From the NCBI GenBank assembly GCA_951406725.2, contig OX597824.1:25978001-26042000 (forward strand): 64,000 bases of DNA, read 5' to 3'. Of this stretch, positions 1 through 12,827 are shown in pieces (the first letter of the stretch is position 1; every line of letters starts with the position of its first letter). Position numbers and translations under genes: made by a program. This stretch comes from Octopus vulgaris. Lineage: Eukaryota. Below the pieces are notes generated by a model. The model was not told where the DNA came from. It was given only the letters and a program-made list of their open reading frames with translations, and searched no databases.

Positions 1-6
1 ATAATA

Positions 7-43
<37 letters not shown>

Positions 44-226
44 TCCTTTCTATTACAATCACAAGGCCTGAAATTTACATTGACCCCAGTGTTCCACTGG
101 TACTTAATTTATCAACCCCGAAAGGATGAAATGCAAAGCTGACCTCGGTAGAATTTGAACTCAATAATAAGAAGAAGAAAATTTTTTTATATACAATTTA
201 GTATCATTATTATCATTATAAAAGAA

Positions 227-265
<39 letters not shown>

Positions 266-886
266 GTATCCATCACCTTAACATCGAAATGGTAAATATG
301 ATATTTTTATATTATTAGAATGTTAACAGCATGAGTTCCAACATTAAAATTGCAATACAGTAATTATGTTCATTATAATTATAAGATTTCACTGACAGGT
401 AACCATGTTTCGCTTTGGTTAAAATGCCATACGCAGGAAGGGGGTGGAGAGTAGGCAGACAGATCAATGATCCAAAAATGCTAATGAGTGTAAGATAGGG
501 GAAGTACAAGTTCATTAGCTAATGATGCAATCACACATACACACACACACATACTGCAGTTCGGATCAACTGCTAGATGTTGCAATCCTTCCCAAAATTT
601 AATTAGCTTAATGTTCTTTTCCTTCTTTCTAGTTTTATTAACTCACCGTTCTTGCGGCTTGTACAGATTTTTGAGAAAATGTACGCAACATATACTGCAA
701 TGAATGAAACAATTATTATAGCAACTAGATAGAACTAAATACCAACAGTTCATAAATAAATTTCTTCTTCATAGCAGCAAGATGTTCTTGGAATAATTTA
801 TTCATATTTGCAGCTAATCATACAAGAATGATTATGAAATTTAGGACAAAATTAGAAATATGTAGTTATTGTTTAACAATGCCTAT

Positions 887-1107
887 ACTCTTACTCTTCA
901 CTCTTTTACTTGTGTTTCAGTCATTTGACTGCGGCCATGCTGGAGCACCACCTTTTTAGTCGAGCAACTCGACCCCGGGACTTATTCTTTTGTAAGCCCA
1001 GTACTTATTCTATCGGTCTCTTTTGCCAAACCGCTAAGTAACAGGGACATAAACACACCAGCATCGGTTGTCAAGCAATGCTAGGGGGACAAACACAGAC
1101 ACACACA

Positions 1108-1153
<46 letters not shown>

Positions 1154-1318
1154 TACGACGGGCTTCTTTCAGTTTCCGTCTACCAAATCCACTTACAAGG
1201 CTTTGGTCTGCCCGAGGCTATAGTAGAAGACACTTGCCCAAGGTGCCAGGCAGTGGGACTGAACCCGGAACCATGTGGTTGGTAAACAAGCTACTTACCA
1301 CACAGCCACTCCTGCGCC
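887..1318 (-). mobile_element. tRNA-derived SINE, family A (internal (TA)n/(TG)n microsatellite), near full length
   Basis: Reverse complement reads GGCGCAGGAGTGGCTGTGTGGTAAG (A-box-like)...GGTTCAGTCCC (B-box-like)...CCTTGGGCAAGTG (CORE-like)...(TA)n(TG)n...GTAAAAGAG tail; matches copies at 11830, 17582, 30387, 50529, 62740. Confidence 0.9.
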
Positions 1319-1727
1319 TATCTAACCTCTGAAATATAAAGATGCATTCACTTAATAAACAAATGCCTAATTCTTGTCTACATTAACAGTTTGTGTGTTT
1401 GTGTGTATTACTCATCATCATTTAAAGTTCCCTTTTCTATACTGGCATAGGTTGAACAGTTTCACAAGAAGAGGGTTCTGCCAGGTTCCATGTCTGCTTC
1501 AATATGCTTTCTATGGCTGGATGACCTTCTTAACGCCAACTACTCAACAGAGTATACTGGGTGCTTTTTATGTGGTACTAGCACTAGTGAGGTTGCCTCA
1601 GTTTCTGTCTACCAAATTCACTCACAAGGCTTTGGTTGGCTAGGGGCTATAGAAGACAGTGGCTGGGAAGCAATCTTTGTACCACACAGCCACATCTGCC
1701 CACAATACAAAATTACGTACAACGTAT

Positions 1728-1990
1728 TGGCATCGCCACGACTGGCTTCCGTGCCGGTGGCACGTAAAAAGCACCATCTAAATGTGGCCGATGCCAGTGC
1801 TGCCTTGACTGGCTTCCGTGCCGGTGTCACATTAAAAGCACCAACCGATCGGGGCCGCTGCCAGATTCCCCTGGCACGTAAAAAGACTGCCAGATCAGAC
1901 TGGAGCCTGGTGCAGCCTCCTGGCTTCCCAGACCCCGGTCGAACCGTCCAACCCGTGCTAGCGCAGAAAACGGACGTTAAACGATGATGA
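1728..1990 (+). mobile_element. SINE family C fragment (GGCACGTAAAAAGCACC subrepeats, GGACGTTAAAC(GAT)n tail)
   Basis: Same motifs and tail as copies at 4654, 14149, 32965, 43248, 46648. Confidence 0.8.
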
Positions 1991-2569
1991 TGTATATAGA
2001 TGAAGCATGCCAAGTGGAAGTAGCACCGTTTGTTAATCAACAGTAAGCAGAGGCAGGTTGTAAGATGAATAAGACTACATGATGTTAAAATCAGATTCTA
2101 GAATTATGAGTGTCTCTTATCAGAGATTAGAAAAGGGTTAAATAAACAGATACATTTTACACAAGATAACATGGGGAAAAGATGATGCTAAACAAATGAT
2201 GAACATGATGATTATAATAGCAATGTAACTGCTGCTGCAAATAATGATAATAACCCACCTGAGAACACTCTTGGTTCCAAGACGCAAATCTCTACATCAT
2301 ATTTAAATTAAAACCTTCCAATTTAATTTTATCTAAGAACTTTTCAATCTATTGTTATGTTCTAAACATCAACTTGATAATATAGAACTTGGTTACTAAT
2401 CTTAAATTTTTCCCATATTCTTGATTATTTTCAAAATTAATTGAAACATATATTTCAGTGTATTTCATTTGAATAGATCACGAAAGGGTTAAAATGTGGA
2501 GAAAAAAAAAAAAGGCATTTTTCAGAAAGTGAATATATCTTTCATGTAAAGCTGACATGAAGACAATGC

Positions 2570-2950
2570 TTGCACTTGCATGGGTCAAACAGAATCTGTT
2601 GGGGCAGATTTTCAACAGCCAGATTGCCCTTCCTGTTGCCAACCTTCACCTGTTTCCCAGCACAGTATTATTTCTCACAGCTAGACATGTTTTCCATGAA
2701 GACTGGGAACAAACAACACTGCTTGTATGACAATGATGCTTGCTTACAACCATCACATGATGTCAAGACAAGGGCACACACATATATGATGAGCTTCTTT
2801 CAGTTTCCAAGTGGCAAATCTATGCTCATGGCTTTGGTTGGTCCAGGCCTATAGTAGAGGGTTTTTGCTCAAGGTGCCACATAATGAAACTAAACCAAGA
2901 TCATATGGTTTGGGAAGCAAGCTTCTCCCTCACACAGCCACACATATGCC
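2570..2950 (-). mobile_element. Chimeric SINE: family-A head plus alternative 3' half with AGGAAGGGCA-type domain, degenerate
   Basis: A-type 5' head at ~2790-2950 joined to a 3' module also seen at 35325-35960, 36249-36690, 44225-44470, 49975-50220. Confidence 0.65.
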
Positions 2951-2993
2951 TACCATGCCAGCAATTTTATTCAATGAATTAAGATGGCTGAAA

Positions 2994-3389
2994 TCTTTAT
3001 ATATAAAAGTGAGGTTGTGTGCTGTCTGTCTCCTACGATTTAGATTCCTAACTACTCCCACATTTTGCGGTGCAGTTTAACCAAAACCGCGTATCTTATA
3101 GTCGTGATTCATATCGAGCCCTTCTGGTTATTAGCGTGCGTCTACAATGAGTCTACAATTTTAAAAAAATTTACCATCAATTTTTCCCATTTTAATGCAT
3201 TTTTGGCATATATAAGGGAAGTAACTCTCTAAAAATTTATTATTAAATCTCAGAACATAAACAGCTACAGTAACACCCCCCCTCTTTGTGGTTAGCCATA
3301 TTGAGATGGCTATTATACTTTACATCTCTAAAAATGCTTATATAGTTATTTCCCTTACAAACCCGAGCAACGCCGGGCGATACTACTAG
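2994..3389 (+). mobile_element. Non-autonomous Helitron
   Basis: 5' TC (A|TCTTTATATATAAAAG), subterminal hairpin CCCG-AGCAACGC-CGGG at 3362-3377, 3' CTAG at 3386-3389, inserted between A and T with no TSD. Confidence 0.8.
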
Positions 3390-3520
3390 TATTATATAAC
3401 GGTCTCTTTCTGAAAGAAATATAAGTAGCGGAATAGGAGTGTTGTAACAATGATTAATTAAAGTGCACAACTGCTGTTTGTAATTACCATAGCTGAGGCA
3501 AAATATTTTGCTGTACTTAC

Positions 3521-3662
3521 CTCAGGTTAAGCAGCCAAAAAATAACAATTAATCCCACTTCATGATTAGATGGCAATAATTATGGGAAGGTATCCAACAG
3601 CAAAAACACCCGATCCGAGAATTCATGCAAATATTTGAATCTGCAGAATCTTTCAACCCATT
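3521..3662 (-). other. Candidate non-coding exon (142 nt)
   Basis: Minus strand: long pyrimidine tract ending ttcttcttcctatgatag| and donor CTGAG|gtaagt; stops in all three frames; unique sequence between repeats. Confidence 0.35.
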
Positions 3663-3871
3663 CTATCATAGGAAGAAGAAAAACAAAAACAAAAAAAAAA
3701 AAAGCATTTGCTATAAGTAAAGTAATTAAAAAATAGATTGAATTATATTTAAAATTTAAGAATTTTACTATACATAATTTTACACTATTTCTGAAAAGGC
3801 CTTTGATTTCATCAAAGGTCGGTCGGCTCATTCAAGGTTGACGTGGGCTAAACAACAACATCATATATATA

Positions 3872-4096
3872 TATTTCGTTATTGCCCACAAGGGGCTAAA
3901 CATAGAGGGGACAAACAAGGACAGACAAAGAAATTAAGTCGATTACATCGGCCCCAGTGCGTAACTGGTACTTATTTAATCGATCCCGAAAGGATGAAAG
4001 GCAAAGTCGACCTCGGCGGAATTTGAACTCAGAACGTAACAGCAGACGAAATACAGCTACGCATTTCGCCCGGAGTGCTAACGGTTCTGCCAGCTC
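3872..4096 (-). mobile_element. SINE family B (GTCGACTTTGCCTTTCATCCTTTCGGG core)
   Basis: Matches copies at 7064, 9776, 39045, 47330 and a partial copy at ~45-162. Confidence 0.85.
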
Positions 4097-4297
4097 ACAG
4101 CTCACAACATCATATATATAAATGTAGGTATGGCTGTGGTGAAGCTTGCTTCCCAACCACATGGTTCTGGGATCAGTTCCACTATATGACACTTTGGGCA
4201 AGTGTTTTCTATTAGAGCCTCAAGCCAATGAAAGCTTTGTGTGTGGATTTGGTAGATAGAAACTGAAAGTAGCCTGTTGTGTGTGTGTGTGGATATT

Positions 4298-4495
4298 CTC
4301 TTTACTCTTTTACTTGTTTCAGTCATCTGACTGCGGCCATGCTGGAGCACCGCCTTTAGTCGAGCAAATCGACCCCAGGACTTATTCTTTGTAAGCCCAG
4401 TACTTATTCTATCGGTCTCTTTTGCCAAACCGCTAAGTGACGGGGATGTAAACACACCAGCTAGGAGGACAAACACAGACACACAAACATACATG

Positions 4496-4545
<50 letters not shown>

Positions 4546-4828
4546 TACGACTGTAAAAAGAGAAGACACGGGCACTCCTAAGAGTATGGGTCGAGTTTAT
4601 AAAAGCTTAAATAATAAAATATATACAAGAAGTAAAAGAGCAATATAAAAATAGTAAAAAGCACCCACTACACTCACGGAGTGGTTGGCGTTAGGAAGGG
4701 CATCCAGCCGTAGAAATACTGCCAGATTAGACTGGAGCCTGGTGCAGCCTTCTGGCTTCCCAGACCCCAGTTGAACCGTCCAACCCATGCTAGCATGGAA
4801 AACACACGTTAAACGATGATGATGATGA

Positions 4829-4862
<34 letters not shown>

Positions 4863-5021
4863 GATGGGCTTCTTTCAGTTTCCGTCTACCAAATCCACTC
4901 ACAAGGCTTTGGTCGGCCCGAGGCTACAGTAGAAGACACTTGCCCAAGGTGCCATGCAGTGGGACTGAACCCGGACCATGTGGTTGGTAAGCCAGCTACT
5001 TACCACACAGCCACTCCTGCG

Positions 5022-5022
<1 letters not shown>
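4298..5022 (-). mobile_element. Family A SINE split at its internal microsatellite by a palindrome arm (4550-4646) and a family C SINE (4654-4830, + strand)
   Basis: 3' half 4298-4549 and 5' half ~4858-5022 are collinear with the intact consensus. Confidence 0.8.
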
Positions 5023-5096
<74 letters not shown>

Positions 5097-5473
5097 CTCT
5101 CTTGTATATATTTTATTATTTAAGCTTTTATAAACTCGACCCATACATTTAGGAGTGCCTGTGTCTTCTCTTTTTACAGTATGTGTGATTCTTTGTTTAC
5201 TCATCTACAGTACACTACATATTTTCTTTTAATATATATTAATTAATGTGTTATACAGTACTGTATTTTTACTTATTAATTTTAAGGCATGAAAATGCTT
5301 ATTTTACCACAGAAATAATTAAAATCTTTAAAAAAAAATTCTAAATACCTATCAGCTGAGGAGTCCATGACGTAAATTTACACACATTAGCCAGAAAAAT
5401 CGGCAATGTACTGGAGGTACGATAGGTGAACCATGACATGACAAGTGACTATATATATGTGTGTGTTTATGTA

Positions 5474-6171
5474 CCGTAAATCCTCGAGTATAGTCCGCCC
5501 TTGAGTATAATACGCAGGGGATTTTTAGGGGACTGTACCTCTGAAAAACCTAAACCTTGTGTATAATTTGCACCCCTTCTCTAACTTGAATCAAGGAGGG
5601 CTATATAACGTCCTTGGTTTGTAAAAATCTATACGGTAATGTCCTTTATTATTATTGTATATATAACATAATGCAAACGTGTAGCTTTTTTGTGCATTTT
5701 GTTTGCAGAAAATAAAGAAATAACAGTAATAACATTAAATAAATGTTGCTAACTACAAGTTATGGATGATTTAACCCTTTTGTTACCAACCCGGCTGAAA
5801 CCGGCTCTGGCTCTGAGTACAAATGTCTTGTTTCCATTTGAATTAAAATCTTCCACCAAACCTTAGTCACAATTTATGTTCCTAACACTGGCTTAATGAT
5901 AACTAAGTTATTTTACTAAATTCTTTGTTATATTTAAAGTAATTGAAAGAAACACAGAACATCTCAAAATAAATACAGTAATGAAAGGGTTAAGGTATTT
6001 TCACGCCTGACATCACAAAATGCGTCTGAATAAACATTGCCGGACAGTAAATAGAGACTCGGACATTGCTTAGAAAATAATTTTCATTTTTAACCTCGTA
6101 TATAGTATGCGCTAGGGATTTTGACCTTTAAATTTTGGGAAAAAGTACAGATTATACTCGAGAATTTATGG
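5474..6171. mobile_element. Tc1/mariner-superfamily (pogo/Tigger-like) non-autonomous DNA transposon
   Basis: TIRs CCGTAAATCCTCGAGTATA / TATACTCGAGAATTTATGG; TA on both sides (5472-73, 6172-73). Confidence 0.8.
5775..5989. mobile_element. piggyBac-type MITE nested in the 5474-6171 element
   Basis: TTAA|CCCTTTTGTTAC...GTAATGAAAGGG|TTAA; degenerate relatives at ~2250-2492 and ~11540-12360. Confidence 0.8.
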
Positions 6172-6217
<46 letters not shown>

Positions 6218-6315
6218 TCAAAATGAGGGCGAAAAAATTGTATATTAATTTAATAACATCAATTTAACACCAGTGGTTTAGCGCATAAAAAACCGAGATT
6301 CAGTAAATATTATTA

Positions 6316-6404
6316 ATACACATATGAGAGAGAATCCACTAAAGTGGACTAAAATGGTTAGCGTAAGGGCGTCCACTTTAGTGGATTCTCTCTCATATGT
6401 GTAT
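6316..6404. repeat. Perfect 34-bp inverted repeat with 21-nt loop
   Basis: ATACACATATGAGAGAGAATCCACTAAAGTGGAC (6316-6349) is the exact reverse complement of 6371-6404. Confidence 0.9.
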
Positions 6405-6444
6405 ATATATTTTAAGTTAGAGGTGGTAACCTATTTAAAAATGT

Positions 6445-6783
6445 AAAGGGTAAAGATCTCTTCAATGTCATGAATGACCATGGGATTGCTCCTAGAAAAT
6501 TATCCTCCAAGACACAAATCCAGGCAAGGTCGTTTATGGAAGACCAGCAATTGTCCATGCATACCAGCCTCCCCTCTCCATGCCACCAATGTTATCCAAG
6601 GGGAAAGGCTGGTACAGCTAGGCACCAGTGACGCCACAACTCATTTCTGCAGCTGAATGAACTGGAGCAATGTGAAATAAAGTGTCTTGCTCAATAACAC
6701 AACATACAACCTAGCCCGGGAATTGAACTCACTGCCTCGGGATTGTGAGCCTGATGCTCAAACTACTGAGCTATGACCCTTCA
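6445..6783 (-). mobile_element. tRNA-derived CORE-like SINE, family D
   Basis: Reverse-complement homologue of 34219-34552; tRNA-like head and GAGCAAGACACTTTATTTCAC core. Confidence 0.8.
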
Positions 6784-7063
6784 CATTTAGTGATGAAGCA
6801 AACACGTTGCATAACCTACCAAAAGCAGGACACCTCTCACTTGCTGAGCAATTGACATTTGCTCTCTTCATTGCTCAGATAGAGCAACATAAATAAGCAG
6901 ACAGATATTCTCTGTTACTGGTTCCAGCCAGTTGGCAGTGACCATATTGGAAGAAACTACCATCTTATACTAATAGCAGAAATAAAGGTACATACACATC
7001 TGGACATGCTATGTCATTTTCATTCAATAAAATCTTAGTTAGTGTCCAGGTATATCCCTGGAG

Positions 7064-7284
7064 GGCGGCGAGTTGGCAGAAATGTTAGCACGCCGGGCAA
7101 AATGCGTAGCCGTATTTTGTCTGTTGTTACGTTGTGAGTTCAAATTCCGCCGAGGTCGACTTTGCCTTTCATCCTTTCGGGGTCGATCAATTAAGTACCA
7201 GTTACGCACTGGGGTCGATGTAATCGACTTAATACCCATGTATGTCCTCTCTATGTTTAGCCCCTTGTGGGTAATAAAGAAATA
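7064..7284 (+). mobile_element. SINE family B, full length with target-site duplication
   Basis: 13-bp direct repeat AGGTATATCCCTG at 7048-7060 and 7284-7296; GAGTTCAAATTCC B-box-like motif. Confidence 0.9.
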
Positions 7285-8824
7285 GGTATATCCCTGCAGA
7301 AAGGATCAGCAAGTGACCTCTGCTTACTTGCAGGGTTTTTCTAGGGAGTAAAAAAAAAACTGGGGTTGCAACAGGTTTTAAAGACACAAACTTGACTCAA
7401 ATACTAATAATTTTCACAAAATTAGCCAAATAGATGTGGCCAAAAACTTGACATTTACACCTGTCTTGCATTTATAAATTACATGTAGAAGTGAAAATCT
7501 CAGTATATCATAAGTTAATTGACTGTACAATTGATTTATAAATATATAAGCATGTTTGTTTAAAATGTTGGTGTGCATGAATGTGTGTGTATGTGCATGG
7601 AGTTGTATGAATGAGTGTGTGTATGTGTGTGTGTGTACTAGAAAAGTAAAGAAGAGAATCAACTTATCAGTGAGGCCTTACAAATAAAATCTGTAAACTA
7701 GGGGTTAAGTAAATTTGAAACTTGTGAGTGTCAGTGTGACAAGGAAAAAGAGGGATAGAGGGGAAGTGAGGAAGGAGAGACACACAGACAGACAGAAGGA
7801 GAGAAGTAGTAAATATTAATTCTCAAAACTGTCAAACTGATAACAAGCATGGTAGTGTAAAATACTGTTAATTGTAACCATTGTTGAATAAAACAATTTC
7901 TTTGTTTATGAAATTCTCCTGGATTAGCTGTTATCAAACGATTGTTTAAACTAAAGACTTCTTTTCTTTTAGTTACTATCGCTCTTGCTCCATACTTCAT
8001 TTCTTTTATTTCAGATAGATGAGGTTTCTTAACGTTTTGCTCACCAAAGAATGTAAGTATTCCAGTCTTTGAGATTTTGTAGAGGTGAAATGGCTAAGTC
8101 AATAAGGAGACTACTTGCATGTAGTAGGTCATCATCGTCGTCATCATTCAAAGTTCATTTTTGTGTGAACTAGATGATTTTTTTCAGGACACCAAGGGTT
8201 CGTGCAGTCACCAAGTAACTTGCAAGACAAAGTAAAAAATGATTATATAGGAAAAAAAAAAACCTCCATCAAGAGATGGGGAAGTGTCTTTATGCCAAGA
8301 CTAAAGTATGATACAAGAACACAGGTGTCTTGCTATAGAGGTGATACATGGCTACCCAGTCGTGAGGGCAGCCGGAAGGGAGTAAAGATAGTGGTCACAG
8401 GTTGCCAGAGCATACCTGCATGAAAGAAATTCACAAATTTAAAATCCACAAAGGTGTTTCATTACATTTCTAAAAGGTGGTCCAGCTAGGAATGTTAATA
8501 AACATATCTCTATGGGACTGCTCAATCTGCTGAAAATGGTAATCAAATCTCCTTCAAACTACACCCTACTGTCTCAGCTGATGGATATTACTAAAGAAGT
8601 CATCCTTAATGCTAAAAAAAGTAAGGTATGTGGTAGCTGGAACCCCTTTGATGATAGGTCTGCTTGATCAGGACTAACCTGGATCTAAACAACAACAACA
8701 TGCAACAGATTGATGTTTTATCTACTGGTAGTTTTATTTCTCATCTGCTTCACACCAAGTTAAGCAGTTCACAACATTCCCATTGGGACTTAGGAGACAT
8801 CTATCTACATTACTATTTTTTTTT

Positions 8825-9027
8825 AACTTGTTTCAGTCACTTGAGTGTGGCCATGCTGGAGCACCACCTTTTCAGTCGAACAAAACGACCCCAGGACTTA
8901 TCATTTGTAAGACTAGTACTTATTCTATCGGTCTCTTTTGCCGAACCGCTAAGTTACGGGGACGTAAACACACCAGCATCGGTTGTCAAGCGATGTTGGG
9001 GGGACAAACACAGACACACAAACATAT

Positions 9028-9107
<80 letters not shown>

Positions 9108-9260
9108 ACGACGGGCTTCTTTCAGTTTCCGTCTACCAAATTCACTCACAAGGCTTTGGTTGGCCCGAGGCTATAGTAGAAGACACTTGCCCAAGGTGCC
9201 ACGCAGTGGGACTGAACCCGGAACCATGTGGTTGGTAAACAAGCTACTTACCACACACAG
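8825..9260 (-). mobile_element. SINE family A
   Basis: Matches the family A consensus; long internal (TA)n. Confidence 0.9.
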
Positions 9261-9775
9261 CTTCTATGATAGTGGTGTTCATTTACAACTACTACATACT
9301 GTCAAGACAAACTGATACCAATACACACATACACACATATATATTCTCTAATTGTGGAGGAAACTTGCAGAAGAGGTAAGCCCAGTAAGATATGGGAGAA
9401 GGTACTGAAATGTGATCTTCATATAATGAGTCTCATATATGCAATGTCAAGTGACCGAGGCTTCTGGTGAGTTGCTGCGCTTGAGAAGACATCAAGTTAA
9501 GTGAAATCATGCTCATAGCCAGTGCCAGTGACCTGTGAAAGGCACTTGTGTTGGAGACACATAAAAAGTATCCATGCTGGTGACATGTAAAAAGCACTTG
9601 ATACACTTTGTGGAGTGATTGGTACTAAAAAGGGCATTGAGCCAGAGAAACCCAAGTCAAAACAAACTGGAACCTGGTGCAACTCTCTAGCTTATCAGCT
9701 CCAGTCAGAGTATCTAACTCATGCCAGCAAGGAAAACGAATGTATGATGATGAGGATATATATATATATATATAT

Positions 9776-10005
9776 ATTTCTTTATTGCCCACAAGGGGCT
9801 AAACATAGAGGGGACAAACAAGGACAGACAAGGGAATTAAGTCGATTATATTGACCCCAGTGTGTAACTGGTACTTTATTTATCGACCCCAAAAGGATGA
9901 AAGGCAAAGTCAACCTTGGCGGAATTTGAACTCAGAATGTAATGGCAGACGAAATACCGCTAAGCATTTCGCCCGGCGCACTAATGTTTCTGCCAGCTTG
10001 TTGCC
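9776..10005 (-). mobile_element. SINE family B inserted at a (TA)n tract
   Basis: Consensus match; flanking ATGAGGATATATATA repeated at ~9750 and ~10008 (TSD-like). Confidence 0.85.
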
Positions 10006-10269
10006 TTATGAGGATATATATATATATATATACACACGCACAGTGAACTTCTTTCGGTTTCTGTCTATCAAATCCATTCACAAGGCTTTGTTCAGGCCAG
10101 GGTCAAAGCAGAAGACACTTACCCAAGGTGGCATGCAGTGAGAGTGAACCTGAGACTGTGTAATTAGGAAGCAAATTTGTTACCACACAGCCATGTGTGA
10201 AATTTCAAAAATCATAACATCGCCTACAGGACTCAAACACTGTGTTTAGTGTAGAGCTAACCACTACAC

Positions 10270-10473
10270 CAGTGCTTTTCAAACTTTTTGCTGGAGCGGA
10301 ACTCCAAAGAAACATTCCACTGGCTCAAGGATGACCCCTGTGCAATAATTTAATAGTCTTATGCACACATATCTGCACAGGAGACTTAAAAAATTACTGC
10401 CGATTTTAGCAGTTTTGTAACTTCTTGCGGAACCCCTGCACTGTACTGGCGGAACCCTGGTTGAAAACCACAG
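10270..10473. mobile_element. hAT-type MITE
   Basis: Imperfect TIRs CAGTGCTTTTCAA / TTGAAAACCACAG with perfect 8-bp TSD CACTACAC (10262-10269, 10474-10481). Confidence 0.85.
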
Positions 10474-11667
10474 CACTACACCAAAGAGATGTCTCATAAA
10501 AGGAAATTATTCCAGATAGATGTTAAAACAATCTAGACACCTCTTTCCTTAGCATTTTTACATTACTGTGTAGATTTTTATATATTCGATACACACACAC
10601 ACACTACCCCCACCAAATACCTACCCAGCACCACATAGGTAGACCGTAAACTATACATTAAAAGTATAGAATATATGACAGTGAATGAAAGCATAAAATA
10701 ACAAGCAGGAAGGGTAAGGGGAATGCTTGCTATCGACAATTATGAATGGAAATATAAATTAAACAAAAAGGGTATGTAAACTTGAGCTGCTACACCTAGA
10801 TGATATTAATATCGCTGATGACCTAGAAGATATTAATATTGATAAGCCAACATGACATGTAGTAAAATAATATTTCATGAATCTCAACTATCCAGCCTTG
10901 ACACTCCTGTAATACACACACCTTTACTTTGAGAGACATCATTAAAAAGAAAATGTAAAATCCCAGCCTTTTGTTTCAGTTACTATAAATTCTGCTAATA
11001 ATAACATTCATATAACTCAAGCTATTTCCTACAGTAATTAAAACTATGAAACTATATTTATCAATCAAATTACCTTTTTGTTTTCCACAACTTTCTAGTA
11101 AATTCCTTAGTACAATAGAAACATATTATTTTATTGTTTTCAGCTTACAAAATGTATTCAACACATACCACAGACATGGCTGTGTGGTTAAAAACTTTGC
11201 TTAGCAATGTGGTTTTTTGGGGGGTTTTTTGTGTTTTTTTGGTTTATTTTGATCTTTCTGAAGCGCTTTGGTCCTTATGGAGCATAAGCCATTGACAATT
11301 TTTGTCTGCTGTTACCTAAGGTGCTGTGCGCTGGAACTGAACCCAAAATTACATGATTGCAAAGCCCTGCTTTTTTTTTTTTTTTTTTTTTGTAGGTTTT
11401 TAGTCTTAATGTCAAGAACTACATTATCCAATATGCCCCTTCTTTTTAAGATAAGCTATCATTTGAGGGAGAATTGGCTGATGGTTCAAGCAGTGTGATA
11501 TGGACAGTTAAGACCTGGTTTATATAATACTGACCAAATTTTAATATACCTTAGCCAAGACCTGAGACTGCCCTTGGTCCTATGATACAAATTTCTTGAT
11601 TTAAAGTATTTTAAATAGAAACCTTCCATCAAAACCATGTTAAATCATGTTCCAGACATCAACTCAA

Positions 11668-12000
11668 CCCATTAGAATTTAAACCAGCCTTACCTGACCC
11701 AAATATTCTACCTATTTTATTCTCAAACTGGCCAGATCTGGTCTGTCACACCTATCCTACAATATGATTAAAACACACACACACACACACATCATCATCA
11801 TAATCCATTAATCCAAAACAATGTGATTAGGCGCAGGAGTGGCTATGTGGTAAGTAGCTTGCTAACTAACCACATGGTTCCGGGTTCAGTCCCACTGCGT
11901 GGCATCTTGGGAAAGTGTCTTCTGCTATAGCCCTGGGCCGACCAATGCCTTGTGAGTGGATTTGGTAGACGGAAACTGAAAGAAGCCTGTCGTATATATG

Positions 12001-12033
<33 letters not shown>

Positions 12034-12263
12034 TTGTCCCCCTAGCATTGCTTGACAACCGATGCTGGTGTGTTTACGTCCCCGTCACTTAGCGGTTCGT
12101 CAAAAGAGACCAATAGAATAAGTACTGGGCTTACAAAGAATAAGTCCCAGAGTCGATTTGCTTGACTAAAGGCGGTGCTCCAGCATGGCCGCAGTCAAAT
12201 GACTGAAACAAGTAAAAGAGTAAAGAGTATTACATTTGACAGAGTAATCTGAATGCTAAAGGG
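11668..12263. mobile_element. piggyBac-type MITE containing a family A SINE
   Basis: TCAA|CCCATTAGAATTT...GAATGCTAAAGGG|TTAA; itself interrupts an older MITE related to 5775-5989. Confidence 0.6.
11830..12227 (+). mobile_element. SINE family A, full length
   Basis: GGCGCAGGAGTGGC head to GTAAAAGAGTAAAGAG tail. Confidence 0.9.
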
Positions 12264-12827
12264 TTAACGACGACAGAGTTAATTTACTAAAGTCTTCATT
12301 ATTTTCAAAGTTAACTTAAACAAAAGTAGTGAAATTCAATAGAAATTTAGTCACAAAAAAAAAAGTTAATTTTATGATTAATTACAGATTTCATTACTTT
12401 GTCCCCTACCTTCTTTCTAACTCGGCATACCTACATAGCTTTCATATCAACAATCTAAGTATACCTGAGACAACTAGATTAAATGTCCCCTTACTAACAC
12501 AAATTAGCAGAGTTTAAACTCAAGAGCTTTTTCAAACATTCATCAAGAGCTCAGTATTCAAACTATTCACCAGCCATGTCCTTTCTCATTAAACCCATCC
12601 ATACTAACACTAGCACATTATCATCAGGATGTGCCCCGCCTCTTTTCTTTCTCTTTCTTCCAATGCTATCACAATGGCCTCTATTCTTCTTAACGCACAA
12701 AATCAACTTTATACTGTCTAAACATGCCTCTCTTCTTTCTTTAACCCAATTCAAGTGTCCCACCTCTCAAATCTTACACTGAAATACTTCACCAGAACCT
12801 TCTTTTGGAAATTACATCCCACTAGAA

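Noticed and set aside
315-515. 66-aa hydrophobic ORF
   Set aside because: No recognisable domain or splice context; size expected by chance.
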